A DNA stretch of 64,000 bases, taken from contig DATFVC010000055.1 of NCBI GenBank assembly GCA_035260485.1, positions 56,041-120,040 of the forward strand. The letters are read 5' to 3'. This DNA is from Solirubrobacterales bacterium. GTDB taxonomy: Bacteria; Actinomycetota; Thermoleophilia; Solirubrobacterales; 70-9. Below the pieces are notes generated by a model. It ran no database searches. It saw only the letters and a program-made list of their open reading frames with translations, and had not been told where the DNA came from. Positions 52,467 to 62,000 of the stretch are shown here, piece after piece. Numbering within the stretch: the stretch's first letter is position 1; every line of letters begins with the position of its first letter. The position numbers were made by a program, and so were the translations under genes.

Positions 52467-53729
52467 TTAGCCGGCGACGCCGAAGACCCGCCGGGCGTCG
52501 TGGAGACCCTCGAGCAGGCGGTCGATCTCCTCGCGGGTGGTGTAGACGCCGAAGCTGGCGCGGGCGGTGGCGGCGACGCCGAGGCGATCCATCAGCGGCT
52601 GGGCGCAGTGGTGGCCGGCGCGGACGGCGACGCCGTGGCGATCGAGGATCTCGGAGACGTCGTGGGCGTGGACGCCCTTCAGCTCGAAGGAGACCGGCCC
52701 GATCCGATCGGCGCTGCGCGGTGGCCCGAAGACGCGCAGGCCCGGTACGTCGGCGAGTTGCGCCAGCGCGTAGTCGGTGACCGACCGCTCGTGGGCCAAC
52801 ACGGCCTCCATCCCGAGGCCGTCGAGCCAGCGCAGCGCCGAGGCCATTCCGATCGCCTGCGCGATCGCCGGCGTCCCCGCCTCGAAGCGGGCCGGGGGGT
52901 CGGCATAGGTCGTGCCCGAAGTCGTCACTTTGCGGATCATCGAGCCGCCGCCGAGGAAGGGCGGCATCTCGCGCAGCAGGTCGAGCTTTGCCCAGAGGGC
53001 TCCGATCCCGGTTGGCGCGTAGAGCTTGTGGCCGGTCAGCGCGTAGAAGTCCACCCCCAGCTCGCCGACCTCGAGCGGCAGCTTCGGCGCCGCCTGAGCG
53101 CCGTCGGCCAGCACCAGGGCACCGGCCTCGTGAGCGAGGCGGGCGATCTCGGCGACGGGGTTCTCGGTGCCGAGCACGTTGGAGACGTGAGTGACCGCGA
53201 CCAGCTTCGGGCGGCGCTCCAGCAGCGTTGCGTATGCGTCCATGTCGAGCAAGCCGTCCCTGCCGACGGGCACCCAGTCGACCTCGGCGCCGGCCCGCTC
53301 GGCGAGCTGCTGCCAGGGGACGACGTTGGAGTGGTGCTCCATCTCGGTCAGCACGATGCGATCGCCCACGCCGACATTGGCGTCGCCCCAGGCCCGTGCG
53401 ACGAGGTTGATCGCCTCGGTCGCGTTGCGGACGAAGATCACCTCGCGGCGGTCGGCGGCGCCGAGGTGGTCGGCGACGGTCGCCCGCGCTCCCTCATAGG
53501 CCGCGGTCGCCTCGGCCGAGAGCGTGTGGGAGCCGCGGTGGACGTTGGAGTGGTGGGCGCGCTCGTAGCGGTCGACCGCCTGGATCGAGGCCAGCACCCG
53601 CTGCGAGCTGGCGCCGCTGTCGAGGTAGGCGACCGGGCGGCCGTGGACCTCGCGCTCCAGCGCCGGGAAGGAGGCGCGGACCTTCTCGATCGGGAAGGCC
53701 GACGCAGGCGTGGTCGTCGTCGGCTCCAT
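52467..53729 (-). CDS. sufS: Cysteine desulfurase SufS (class V aminotransferase, group II)
   Basis: The ATG at 53729 starts the ORF. It has YLD.GASSQ, the PLP-Lys segment LTGHKLYAPTGIGAL, and RAGHHCAQP containing the catalytic Cys. Confidence 0.9.
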   Translation of the reverse strand: MEPTTTTPASAFPIEKVRASFPALEREVHGRPVAYLDSGASSQRVLASIQAVDRYERAHHSNVHRGSHTLSAEATAAYEGARATVADHLGAADRREVIFVRNATEAINLVARAWGDANVGVGDRIVLTEMEHHSNVVPWQQLAERAGAEVDWVPVGRDGLLDMDAYATLLERRPKLVAVTHVSNVLGTENPVAEIARLAHEAGALVLADGAQAAPKLPLEVGELGVDFYALTGHKLYAPTGIGALWAKLDLLREMPPFLGGGSMIRKVTTSGTTYADPPARFEAGTPAIAQAIGMASALRWLDGLGMEAVLAHERSVTDYALAQLADVPGLRVFGPPRSADRIGPVSFELKGVHAHDVSEILDRHGVAVRAGHHCAQPLMDRLGVAATARASFGVYTTREEIDRLLEGLHDARRVFGVAG

Positions 53730-53739
53730 CGTCGCGAGG

Positions 53740-54516
<777 letters not shown>

Positions 54517-54537
54517 TCCGTTCGTGGTTGCGTGGGA

Positions 54538-55014
54538 TTAAGCGGCGCTGCCGACGGGCGTCTTCTCGGCGGCGCCTTCGGGGCCGCCGGAGAACTCGAC
54601 CAACTCGGCCAGCGTGGTGCCGGCGAGCGCCTTGGTGACGCCGCCCTGGACACGGGTCCAGAGCAGCTTCGTCGCGCAGTTGCGGTCCCCGTCGCTCTCG
54701 TGCGAGCAGAGGACCTTGCCCTCGGGCGTCTCGTGGAAGCACTCCATCGGCGCGATCTGGCCTTCCAGCGCCTCGACCACTTCGTCGAGGGTGATCGCCG
54801 CGGCCGGCTTGGCGAGTCGGTAGCCGCCGTGCGCGCCCCTGGTCGAGCTGACCAGATCGGCATTGCGCAGTTTGGCCACCAGGTGCTCGAGGTAGGAGAG
54901 CGGCAGTCGCTCCGCCTCGGCGACGGCGCTCAGTGAGACCGGGGCGGAGCCGGGCTGGCGGCCCAGCTCGACCATCAGGCGCACTCCGTACTCGGCTTTG
55001 GTCGAAAACAGCAT
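54538..55014 (-). CDS. Rrf2-family (IscR/NsrR-like) transcriptional regulator
   Basis: It reads MLFSTKAEYGVRLMVELG, then SYLE.L...L....LV.S.RG..GGY.LA. There are three Cys in CFHETPEGKVLCSHESDGDRNC. Confidence 0.85.
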   Translation of the reverse strand: MLFSTKAEYGVRLMVELGRQPGSAPVSLSAVAEAERLPLSYLEHLVAKLRNADLVSSTRGAHGGYRLAKPAAAITLDEVVEALEGQIAPMECFHETPEGKVLCSHESDGDRNCATKLLWTRVQGGVTKALAGTTLAELVEFSGGPEGAAEKTPVGSAA

Positions 55015-55041
55015 CGACCTAAATCCTACTGAAGCGGTCGG

Positions 55042-56529
55042 TTATGCGGATGCGGGCTCGGTCGCCTCTTCCTCTGCGCTCCTGCCCTCCGCCTCTTTGC
55101 CGAGCTCCACATGGGCTTTGCTGTCGCGACTGCGAATCAGGACCAAGGTGAGGACGAAGCCGAGCGCGGCGATCGCGGCGCCGCCGAGGAAGGCTGCCTG
55201 GAATCCCTCGGTCAGCCCGTTCGCCAGGCTCGAGCTGCCGGAGGACAGCACGTTTTCGGTCCGCGAGGTGGCCACGGTGGAGAGCACCGCGAGCCCGAGC
55301 GCTCCGCCGATCTGCTGGGAGGTGTTGATCAAGCCGCTGGCGAGGCCGGCCTCGTTCTCCTCGACCCCGGAGACGGCGGCGATCGTCGTCGTCACGAAGG
55401 CGAAGCCGAGCCCCGCGGCGGCGAACAGCGACGGCCCGAGGATGTCGGTGGTGAAGCTGCCGCCGACGGATACGCGGCTGAACCAGACGAGGCCGATGAC
55501 GATGAAGAGCAGGCCGGCGGCGAGCACGGGCTTGTAGCCGAATCTGGTGACGAGCTGGGACGCGACGGCGGCCGAGGCCATGATCGTCAGCGCCAGCGGC
55601 AGGTAGGAGAGGCCGGCGTGGATCGCGCTGTAGCCGAGCACCTGCTGCATGTAGAGAGAGATGAAGAAGAACATCGAGAAGAGCGAGGCCCCGACCAGCA
55701 GGCCGACGACGTTGGCCCCGGTCAAGGTCCGGATCCGGAAGATCGAGAACGGCACCAGCGGTTTCCTCGCGCGCAGCTCGATCACGACGAAGGAGATCAT
55801 CAGGACCACCGAAAGCGCGATCAGGCCGATCGTCTGGGTTGAGCCCCAGCCGGCGCTGCTCGCGTCGACGAGCGCGTAGACCAGGGTCGAGAGCGCCGCG
55901 GTGACGGTGACCGCGCCGGCGACGTCGAAGACGCGGGTCTCGTGCTCGGCGCGGCTTTCGGCGATCAGCCTGGGAGAGAGCGAGAACGCGATCAGGCTGA
56001 CCGGCACGTTGACCCAGAGCACCCACTCCCAGCCGAGCCCGTCGGTGAGGACGCCGCCGAGCAGGACGCCGGCGGCGCCGCCGGAGCCCGCGACCGCTCC
56101 CCAGACGCCGAGCGCCTTGTTGCGCTCCGAGCCGTCGCTGAAGGTGGTGGTGACGATCGAGAGCGCCGCCGGCGAGATGATCGCGGCGCCAAGCCCCTGT
56201 GCCGCCCGCGCCGCGATCAGCTGCCCCTCGGTGCTGGCGAAGCCCGCGGCGAGCGAGGCCGCGGCGACCAGGAGCAGGCCGGCCATGAAGACGCGGCGGC
56301 GGCCGAGCAGGTCGGCGGTGCGGCCGCCGAGCAGGAGGAAGCCGCCGAAGGTGAGGATGTAGGCGTTGACGACCCAAGGCAGGTTTTCTTGGGAGAAGTT
56401 GAGCGCCTTGCCGATCGTGGGCAGGGCCACATTGACGATCGAGGCGTCCAGCACGACCACGAACTGCGCCGAGCAGAGGAGGACGAGCGCCTGCCAGCGC
56501 TTTTCTCTGAAGTCCTGGGTATCAGCCAT
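55042..56529 (-). CDS. MFS transporter, DHA2 (EmrB/QacA-like, 14-TMS) family
   Basis: 495 aa. It reads LDASIVNVALPTI and GGRTADLLGRRR, with about 14 hydrophobic helices. Confidence 0.85.
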   Translation of the reverse strand: MADTQDFREKRWQALVLLCSAQFVVVLDASIVNVALPTIGKALNFSQENLPWVVNAYILTFGGFLLLGGRTADLLGRRRVFMAGLLLVAAASLAAGFASTEGQLIAARAAQGLGAAIISPAALSIVTTTFSDGSERNKALGVWGAVAGSGGAAGVLLGGVLTDGLGWEWVLWVNVPVSLIAFSLSPRLIAESRAEHETRVFDVAGAVTVTAALSTLVYALVDASSAGWGSTQTIGLIALSVVLMISFVVIELRARKPLVPFSIFRIRTLTGANVVGLLVGASLFSMFFFISLYMQQVLGYSAIHAGLSYLPLALTIMASAAVASQLVTRFGYKPVLAAGLLFIVIGLVWFSRVSVGGSFTTDILGPSLFAAAGLGFAFVTTTIAAVSGVEENEAGLASGLINTSQQIGGALGLAVLSTVATSRTENVLSSGSSSLANGLTEGFQAAFLGGAAIAALGFVLTLVLIRSRDSKAHVELGKEAEGRSAEEEATEPASA

Positions 56530-56575
56530 GACTGGGTACTTCAGTCAAGCAAATCCGCCCCATCGGCTCGCCGCT

Positions 56576-57208
56576 TCAGGGCTCGATCAGCCCGCGGCGG
56601 ATCGCGTAGCGGACCAGCTCGACCCGGTCGCGCATGCCGAGCTTGCGCATCGCGTTGGCGCGGTGGTTCTCGATCGTCTTCTCGGAGAGGTGGAGGATCG
56701 CCGCGATCTCCTTCGAGGTGTGGGCCTCGGCGACGAGCTTGACGATCTCCTCCTCGCGCGGCGTCAGCTCCTCCTCGCCGCTCGAGCCGCGCTCCAGCAC
56801 GTCCTTGATCAGCGTCCGCTGTGCCTCGGGGGTGAGGAAGGGCTCGCCCCGTTGGACCGCCCGGATCGCCGCCAGCAGGTCGGTGTCCGCCTGGGCCTTG
56901 AGGACGTAGCCAGACGCGCCCGCCTTGAGCGCCTCGAACAGGTAGCGCTCATCGTCGTGCATCGAGAGGATCAGGACTGAGACCTCGGGCGCCTGCGCCT
57001 TGATCTCGCGCGTCGCCTGCAGGCCGGTCAGCTTCGGCATCTTGACGTCGAGGATCGCCAGGTCGGGCCGCTCGCGGATCGCCAGCTCGCGCGCCTCGGC
57101 CCCGTCCGCCGCCTCGGCGACGACCTCGATGTCCGGCTGGCGCTCGAGCAACAGCCGCAGGCCGGAGCGGACGATCCCGTGGTCGTCTGCGATCAGGACC
57201 CTCAGCAT
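56576..57208 (-). CDS. NarL/FixJ (LuxR-type) response regulator
   Basis: The receiver domain reads VLIADDH..VR, with the phospho-acceptor in ILDVKMP. The C-terminal LuxR HTH reads LTPREEEIVKLVAEAHTSKEIAA.L.LSEKTIENHR. Confidence 0.9.
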   Translation of the reverse strand: MLRVLIADDHGIVRSGLRLLLERQPDIEVVAEAADGAEARELAIRERPDLAILDVKMPKLTGLQATREIKAQAPEVSVLILSMHDDERYLFEALKAGASGYVLKAQADTDLLAAIRAVQRGEPFLTPEAQRTLIKDVLERGSSGEEELTPREEEIVKLVAEAHTSKEIAAILHLSEKTIENHRANAMRKLGMRDRVELVRYAIRRGLIEP

Positions 57209-57285
57209 TCGAGCAGTGTCCCATCGTGCGGCGAAATACCCCGGCGCGGGGGAGAACTTTGCGCAGTGGCGACTTAGCCCCCGGT

Positions 57286-58194
57286 ATGGGACGAAAAGTC
57301 GCCAGGGCCGACGTGTCGATTGCGAAGATCGCGCGCCGACAGCACGGAGTCGTATCTGTGGGACAGCTGTACGGTCTGGGTCTCGGCGAGCGCGCCGTGC
57401 GTGGCCGGGTCGATGCGGGACGCCTGCATCGCGTACATCGGGGCGTCTATGCAGTGGGCCATGCGGCCCTTCCGCCTCAGGGCCGCTGGCTGGCGGCTGT
57501 GCTTGCGATCGGCAGGGGCCCGAGCCTCAAGGCCGGCTCAGTGCTCGACTACTGGCGGGCGGCTGTCAGCCATCGCAGTGCGGCCTGCCTTTGGGATCTC
57601 TTGCCCGAGGCGGATCGCCCGGCCGACGTCATCGTCAGGGGCGATGGCGGCAGGGCGAAGCGCCTCGGTATCCGTGTGCATCGCTCGTTCACTCTCGCTC
57701 CGACCGATGTGACGCTTCTCCGTGGAATACCGGTCACTACTCCGGCGCGCACGATCTCCGATCTGCGCCGGGCGACGTCGGAGGGCTGGCCCGGCGCCCT
57801 TCGCCCTCGTGAGCTGCGAAAGGCCATTCGCCAGGCGAATGTGCTCGGTTTGCCGATCGGTGAGGAGAGCGGCAGGGATCGCACACGCAGCGACTTGGAG
57901 CGAGACTTCCGGCGACTCTGCCGTCGCCATCACCTGCCGTCACCCGAGGTCAATGTGCGCATCGGCCGTTACCTCGTCGACTTTCTCTGGCGAGAGCGGC
58001 AGCTCGTAGTCGAAACCGACAGCTACCTCTATCACCGCGGAAGAGAGGCTTTTCAAGACGACCGCAGCCGGGACCTCGAGTTGAGGCGTCGCGGCTTCGA
58101 GGTCATACGGCTATCCGAACGGCAGATAGACGAGGAGCCGGACCGGGTGGCGGAGACGCTCGCGGCGACCCTCCGCGGTCAGCCACGAGTCTAG
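57286..58194 (+). CDS. AbiEi-like N-terminal domain fused to DUF559 (Vsr-like endonuclease fold) protein
   Basis: The ATG at 57286 starts the ORF. The N-terminus reads IARRQHGVVSVGQL...G......V.....GRLHRVHRGVYAVG. The C-terminus reads P.PEVNV.I.GY.VDFLW...QLVVE.DSY.YH......F..DR.RD..L...G..V.R. Confidence 0.7.
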   Translation: MGRKVARADVSIAKIARRQHGVVSVGQLYGLGLGERAVRGRVDAGRLHRVHRGVYAVGHAALPPQGRWLAAVLAIGRGPSLKAGSVLDYWRAAVSHRSAACLWDLLPEADRPADVIVRGDGGRAKRLGIRVHRSFTLAPTDVTLLRGIPVTTPARTISDLRRATSEGWPGALRPRELRKAIRQANVLGLPIGEESGRDRTRSDLERDFRRLCRRHHLPSPEVNVRIGRYLVDFLWRERQLVVETDSYLYHRGREAFQDDRSRDLELRRRGFEVIRLSERQIDEEPDRVAETLAATLRGQPRV

Positions 58195-58333
58195 CCAGGC
58201 ACTGAGCGCAACAAACCGCGCTACCGATTTGTGCACCGCGACGAGCCCGCTGATGGCGCACCCGCGACGAGCGTCATTCTGGCAATTGGCCGCCGTGACC
58301 GGATGATCGCCTACGCGAAAGCTGCTGGCCGCC

Positions 58334-59236
58334 TCAAGGAGCGAGTGGCCCAGGAGGGCCGGGCTGTCGAGTAAGGATCTGGCCGGGGATCGAAAGGCGC
58401 ACAGTCGTGCCGTGGTCCGGCCGCGACTCGATCGTCAGCTCGGCGCCGATCAGCAGCGCCCGCTCCCTCATGCCGCCGATCCCGAGCCCGCGCTCGGACT
58501 GCTCGAAGGCGAAGCCGCGGCCGTCGTCGGCGACCTCCAGCTCGACCCCGCCCTCGAAGCGGCGCAGGCTCACCGCGATCCGCTGCGCCTCGCTGTGGCG
58601 GGCAGCGTTGGTGAGCGCCTCCTGGGCGACGCGGTAGACGACCAGCTGCACGTCGTCGTCGAGGTCGGAGAAGTCACTCTCCGCCGCCAGCTCGGTCTCC
58701 AGGCCGGGGCGCTCGACCTGCGAGACCTGGCCCCCGATCGCGGCGGCTAGGCCGAGGTCGTCGAGCGCCGTCGGCCGCAGTTGCCGAGCAAGGGCGAGCA
58801 GCTCCCGCATCGCCTGATTGGCGAGCGCCTTGGTCTCCGCCAGCTCGGCCTCCAGCTCGGGAGGGGCGGCCTCGCGGGCGGCCTCGAGCCGCAGCAGCAG
58901 CCCGGTCAGCGACTGGTTGACCTCGTCGTGGAGGTCGCGGGCGACCCGCGCCCGCTCCTCCTCTTGTGCCTGCAGCGCGGCGCTTCCCGCCCGCCGCCGC
59001 TCGGCTTCGAGGCGGTGCATCATGCGCAGAAAGGCGAGCTCGATCCGCTCGACCTCCTCGGTCTCGCCGACGCCGTCGATCGAGTCCGGCAGCAACGGCC
59101 CCGGCCGGCTCAGGTCGACCTTCTCCATCTCCTCGATCAGGGTCTCCAGTGGCGCGAAGCGGCGTCGCTGTCGCACCAAGCTCGCCGCGAGGACGACAGC
59201 CGCGATTGCGAGCACGACGATCGCCGCCATCGTCAT
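58334..59236 (-). CDS. Sensor histidine kinase (HisKA_3 / NarX-LiaS type) with a single N-terminal TM helix
   Basis: The H-box is ARDLHDEVNQSL. The N-box is EALTNAARHS. The G-boxes are DDGRGF and GLGIGGMRERA. Only one TM helix precedes the cytoplasmic part. Confidence 0.85.
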   Translation of the reverse strand: MTMAAIVVLAIAAVVLAASLVRQRRRFAPLETLIEEMEKVDLSRPGPLLPDSIDGVGETEEVERIELAFLRMMHRLEAERRRAGSAALQAQEEERARVARDLHDEVNQSLTGLLLRLEAAREAAPPELEAELAETKALANQAMRELLALARQLRPTALDDLGLAAAIGGQVSQVERPGLETELAAESDFSDLDDDVQLVVYRVAQEALTNAARHSEAQRIAVSLRRFEGGVELEVADDGRGFAFEQSERGLGIGGMRERALLIGAELTIESRPDHGTTVRLSIPGQILTRQPGPPGPLAP

Positions 59237-59403
59237 CTCGAGCTTCCAGGTCGCACGTATCCGAGCTTAAGGGTCGTATGGCGCCTAAAAACTTAGACAC
59301 GCCAGGGAAGGAGGGTCCGAGAATAGGGGTTGGCACCTATAGGCGAATGGGCCAGACGAGGCAATACTTCGGAGGCTGCGCAAATCTCGACTAGGAGCTG
59401 GCG

Positions 59404-60264
59404 ATGACGACCACCAAGCAGTCCACCTGGGGAGCCACCCTGCGCACGACGATCCTGCTGGCGTCCCTCTCGGGGCTGCTTGTCTTGATTGGCGCCTTGA
59501 TCGGCGGCCCGAGCACGGCCGGGCTCTTCCTCGGCTTCGCCCTGCTGATCAACCTCGGCTCCTACTTCTTCAGCGACAAACTGGCGCTGGCGATGAGTCG
59601 CGCCAAGCCGATCGACGAATCCGAAGCGCCGCGGCTCTTCGAGATCGTGCGCGAACTGACGACGCGCGCCGGCCTGCCGATGCCGCGCCTCTACATGATC
59701 CCCCAGGACCAGCCCAACGCCTTCGCCACCGGCCGCAACCCCAAGCACTCCGCCGTCGCCGTCACCCGCGGGATCACCAAGCTGCTCTCCGAGGACGAGC
59801 TGCGCGGCGTCCTCGCCCACGAGCTCACGCACGTCAGGAACCGCGACATCCTGATCCAGTCGGTGGCCTCGGCGATCGGCGCCGCGATCACCTACCTCGC
59901 CTACATGCTGCTCTGGTTCGGCGACGACGACAACTCGCCGCTGGGGCTGGTCGCCTCGCTGGCGATGGTGCTGCTGGCGCCGATCGCGGCGAGCATCATC
60001 CAGCTCGCGATCTCGCGCCAGCGCGAGTACGCGGCCGACGCGGGCGGCGCCGAAATCTGCGGCAACCCCGAGTCGCTGGCCAGCGCCCTGCTGCGCCTCG
60101 AGCAGGGGGCGACCGAGATGCCGATGCAGGTCAACCAGGCGGCCGAGCCGCTCTACATCGTCAAGCCCTTCGCCAGCAAGGGAATCGCCGGCCTCTTCTC
60201 GACCCATCCCCCGATCGAGGAGCGGGTGAAGAGGCTGCGCCAGATGCGCCCGAGCCTCGGCTAG
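59404..60264 (+). CDS. htpX: M48-family zinc metalloprotease HtpX
   Basis: It has the HELTHV zinc motif, NAFATG, four TM helices, and a C-terminal segment STHPP..ERV..L. Confidence 0.9.
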   Translation: MTTTKQSTWGATLRTTILLASLSGLLVLIGALIGGPSTAGLFLGFALLINLGSYFFSDKLALAMSRAKPIDESEAPRLFEIVRELTTRAGLPMPRLYMIPQDQPNAFATGRNPKHSAVAVTRGITKLLSEDELRGVLAHELTHVRNRDILIQSVASAIGAAITYLAYMLLWFGDDDNSPLGLVASLAMVLLAPIAASIIQLAISRQREYAADAGGAEICGNPESLASALLRLEQGATEMPMQVNQAAEPLYIVKPFASKGIAGLFSTHPPIEERVKRLRQMRPSLG

Positions 60265-60271
60265 AAACCTT

Positions 60272-60879
60272 TTGTCGTCAATAGGGCCTAAGATTGGCTG
60301 GGTGGCTGCTCAGCCAAGAAAACGCCCGCTCCTGGGCTCGGGCAACGAGGCTGAGTGGGCGAGGATCAACGAGGAGAAGGACCAGCGAGAAGCTGAATTT
60401 GCCCGAACGCTCTCGATTCCCGAGCGGCTCGACTTTGGCCAGAAGCTCTTCGACCAGGCATTCGAGCTCTGCAGCGCTATCCACGCTTCCGACCAGGGTC
60501 ATCGGCTGGATACGCCTGGACCTGATCTATCAGGCGTCGTTGCCGACGCCAATGCCTGAGGCAAGGCAGTTCAGCGACGGAAAGCTGTTGACTGCCGAAG
60601 ATGTGGCAGGTGCCCGCCACCTGTGCGTCGACAGCCGCCATGGCGTGATCGACGTTATGCGCGGTGGCCTGCCACCCCTTGACTACGAGACGGTTGCCGC
60701 CAATGCCTTGGAGGGTTCCTGGCGCGATAGCCCCTTTCGTGTTGCCTCGCTGCGGAGCCTGGGTCGGTTTCAAGCGTCTCGCCAATCGCAGCCAGGACAA
60801 GGTTGACCTTGAAGCGCTGGAGCGGGTCAATGGCGAGTTGTCGATTGACCAGATCCCGGAGCTTGACGACCAAGGTTGA
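60272..60879 (+). pseudogene. Degenerate nucleotidyltransferase-like gene split over three frames (weak call)
   Basis: Frame 2 reads ...EWARINEEKDQREAEFARTLSIPERLDFGQKLFDQAFEL. Frame 0 reads ...GVIDVMRGGLPPLDYETVAANALEGSWRDSPFRVASLRSL. Frame 1 reads VGFKRLANRSQDKVDLEALERV. Read together, these resemble a single about 200-aa NTase-fold protein ending in the common K.aagR.kD..DLeaL tail. Confidence 0.35.
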
Positions 60880-60960
60880 ACGCAGCCTGGGAGGCCACCG
60901 TTGACCGGGGGGTATTTAAGAACTACCCTGTACGTGTAACGGGATAGACCGTTCGCGAAC

Positions 60961-61701
60961 ATGGCCAAGGCACGCGCCAGCACCAAATCTGCAGCGCCGA
61001 AGCGCCTCCCGCGCGGCCGCCACGCGCTCGCGCCTGAGGAGGTTCTGCGCGACCAGCGCGAGCGGCTGCTCGCCGCCGTTCCCGCGGTCGTCGCCGAGCA
61101 CGGCTACGAAGCGATGTCAGTGGCCGACATCGTCAAGGCCGCGGCCGTCTCGCGCAACGCCTTCTACAAGAATTTCAGCGACAAGCAGGAGTGCTTCGCT
61201 ATGGCCCACGATGCTGGCCACGAGCGGCTCTTCGAGGTCCTCGCGCAGCCCTGCGACGCAGAGGCGACGATCGAAGAACGTGTCGAGGACTCGCTGACGG
61301 CGGGCCTCGGCGCCCTGGCGTCTGAGCCCGACGTGGCCCGCCTCCTCTTCGTCGAGGCGCCCTCGGCGGGGGAGGAGATCGCCCTCCGCTACCACCAGTG
61401 GTTGCAGCGCTACGGCACGCTGCTGCGCTTGGCCGCCCCCGACCTACCCCCGCACTCGATCCCTGCACCTGAGGTCGAGGGTGTGATCGTCGGTGGCATC
61501 GCCTCGCGCATCGCCAGCGAGGTGCTCAACGGGCGGGCAAAAGAAGTGCGAGATCTCACGGCGCCCTTAGTGGAGTACGTGCTCGCCTTCTACCGCATCA
61601 CCGAGCCCGGTCCCAAAGAGGGCAAGCTCGTCGCCTTTGAGCGCGATCAGCATCTGGCGCAAGAGCCTGTCGAGGCTCGGCGCAAACAGGCCAGCGCCTA
61701 G
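60961..61701 (+). CDS. TetR-family transcriptional regulator
   Basis: The N-terminal HTH reads RERLLAAVPAVVAEHGYEAMSVADIVKAAAVSRNAFYKNFSDKQECF. Confidence 0.85.
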   Translation: MAKARASTKSAAPKRLPRGRHALAPEEVLRDQRERLLAAVPAVVAEHGYEAMSVADIVKAAAVSRNAFYKNFSDKQECFAMAHDAGHERLFEVLAQPCDAEATIEERVEDSLTAGLGALASEPDVARLLFVEAPSAGEEIALRYHQWLQRYGTLLRLAAPDLPPHSIPAPEVEGVIVGGIASRIASEVLNGRAKEVRDLTAPLVEYVLAFYRITEPGPKEGKLVAFERDQHLAQEPVEARRKQASA

Positions 61702-62000
61702 CTGAAGAGAATCGCGCGTACCCGGCTCAAACGCCCGTTTATCTGGGTACCTATGGAGTTTCGCGGCTGAAACTCTGCATTGGAAATCCCCGCAACTGAC
61801 GGATTCTTGTTGTAGATACCATGTGCGTATCTTGACAACATCGAACCAGCGTGTTTACATCTGGTCGCGTCTTCAGTTGGGAATCACAACGGTATAGCCA
61901 GCGAAGTACGCAAAGCAGGAACAGGGACAAACCGAGCGCCGGGAGGGTCGCCAAGGGAAGCGGCCGGCAGAGGGGCTCACGGGACAAGGAGAGAGATTTG

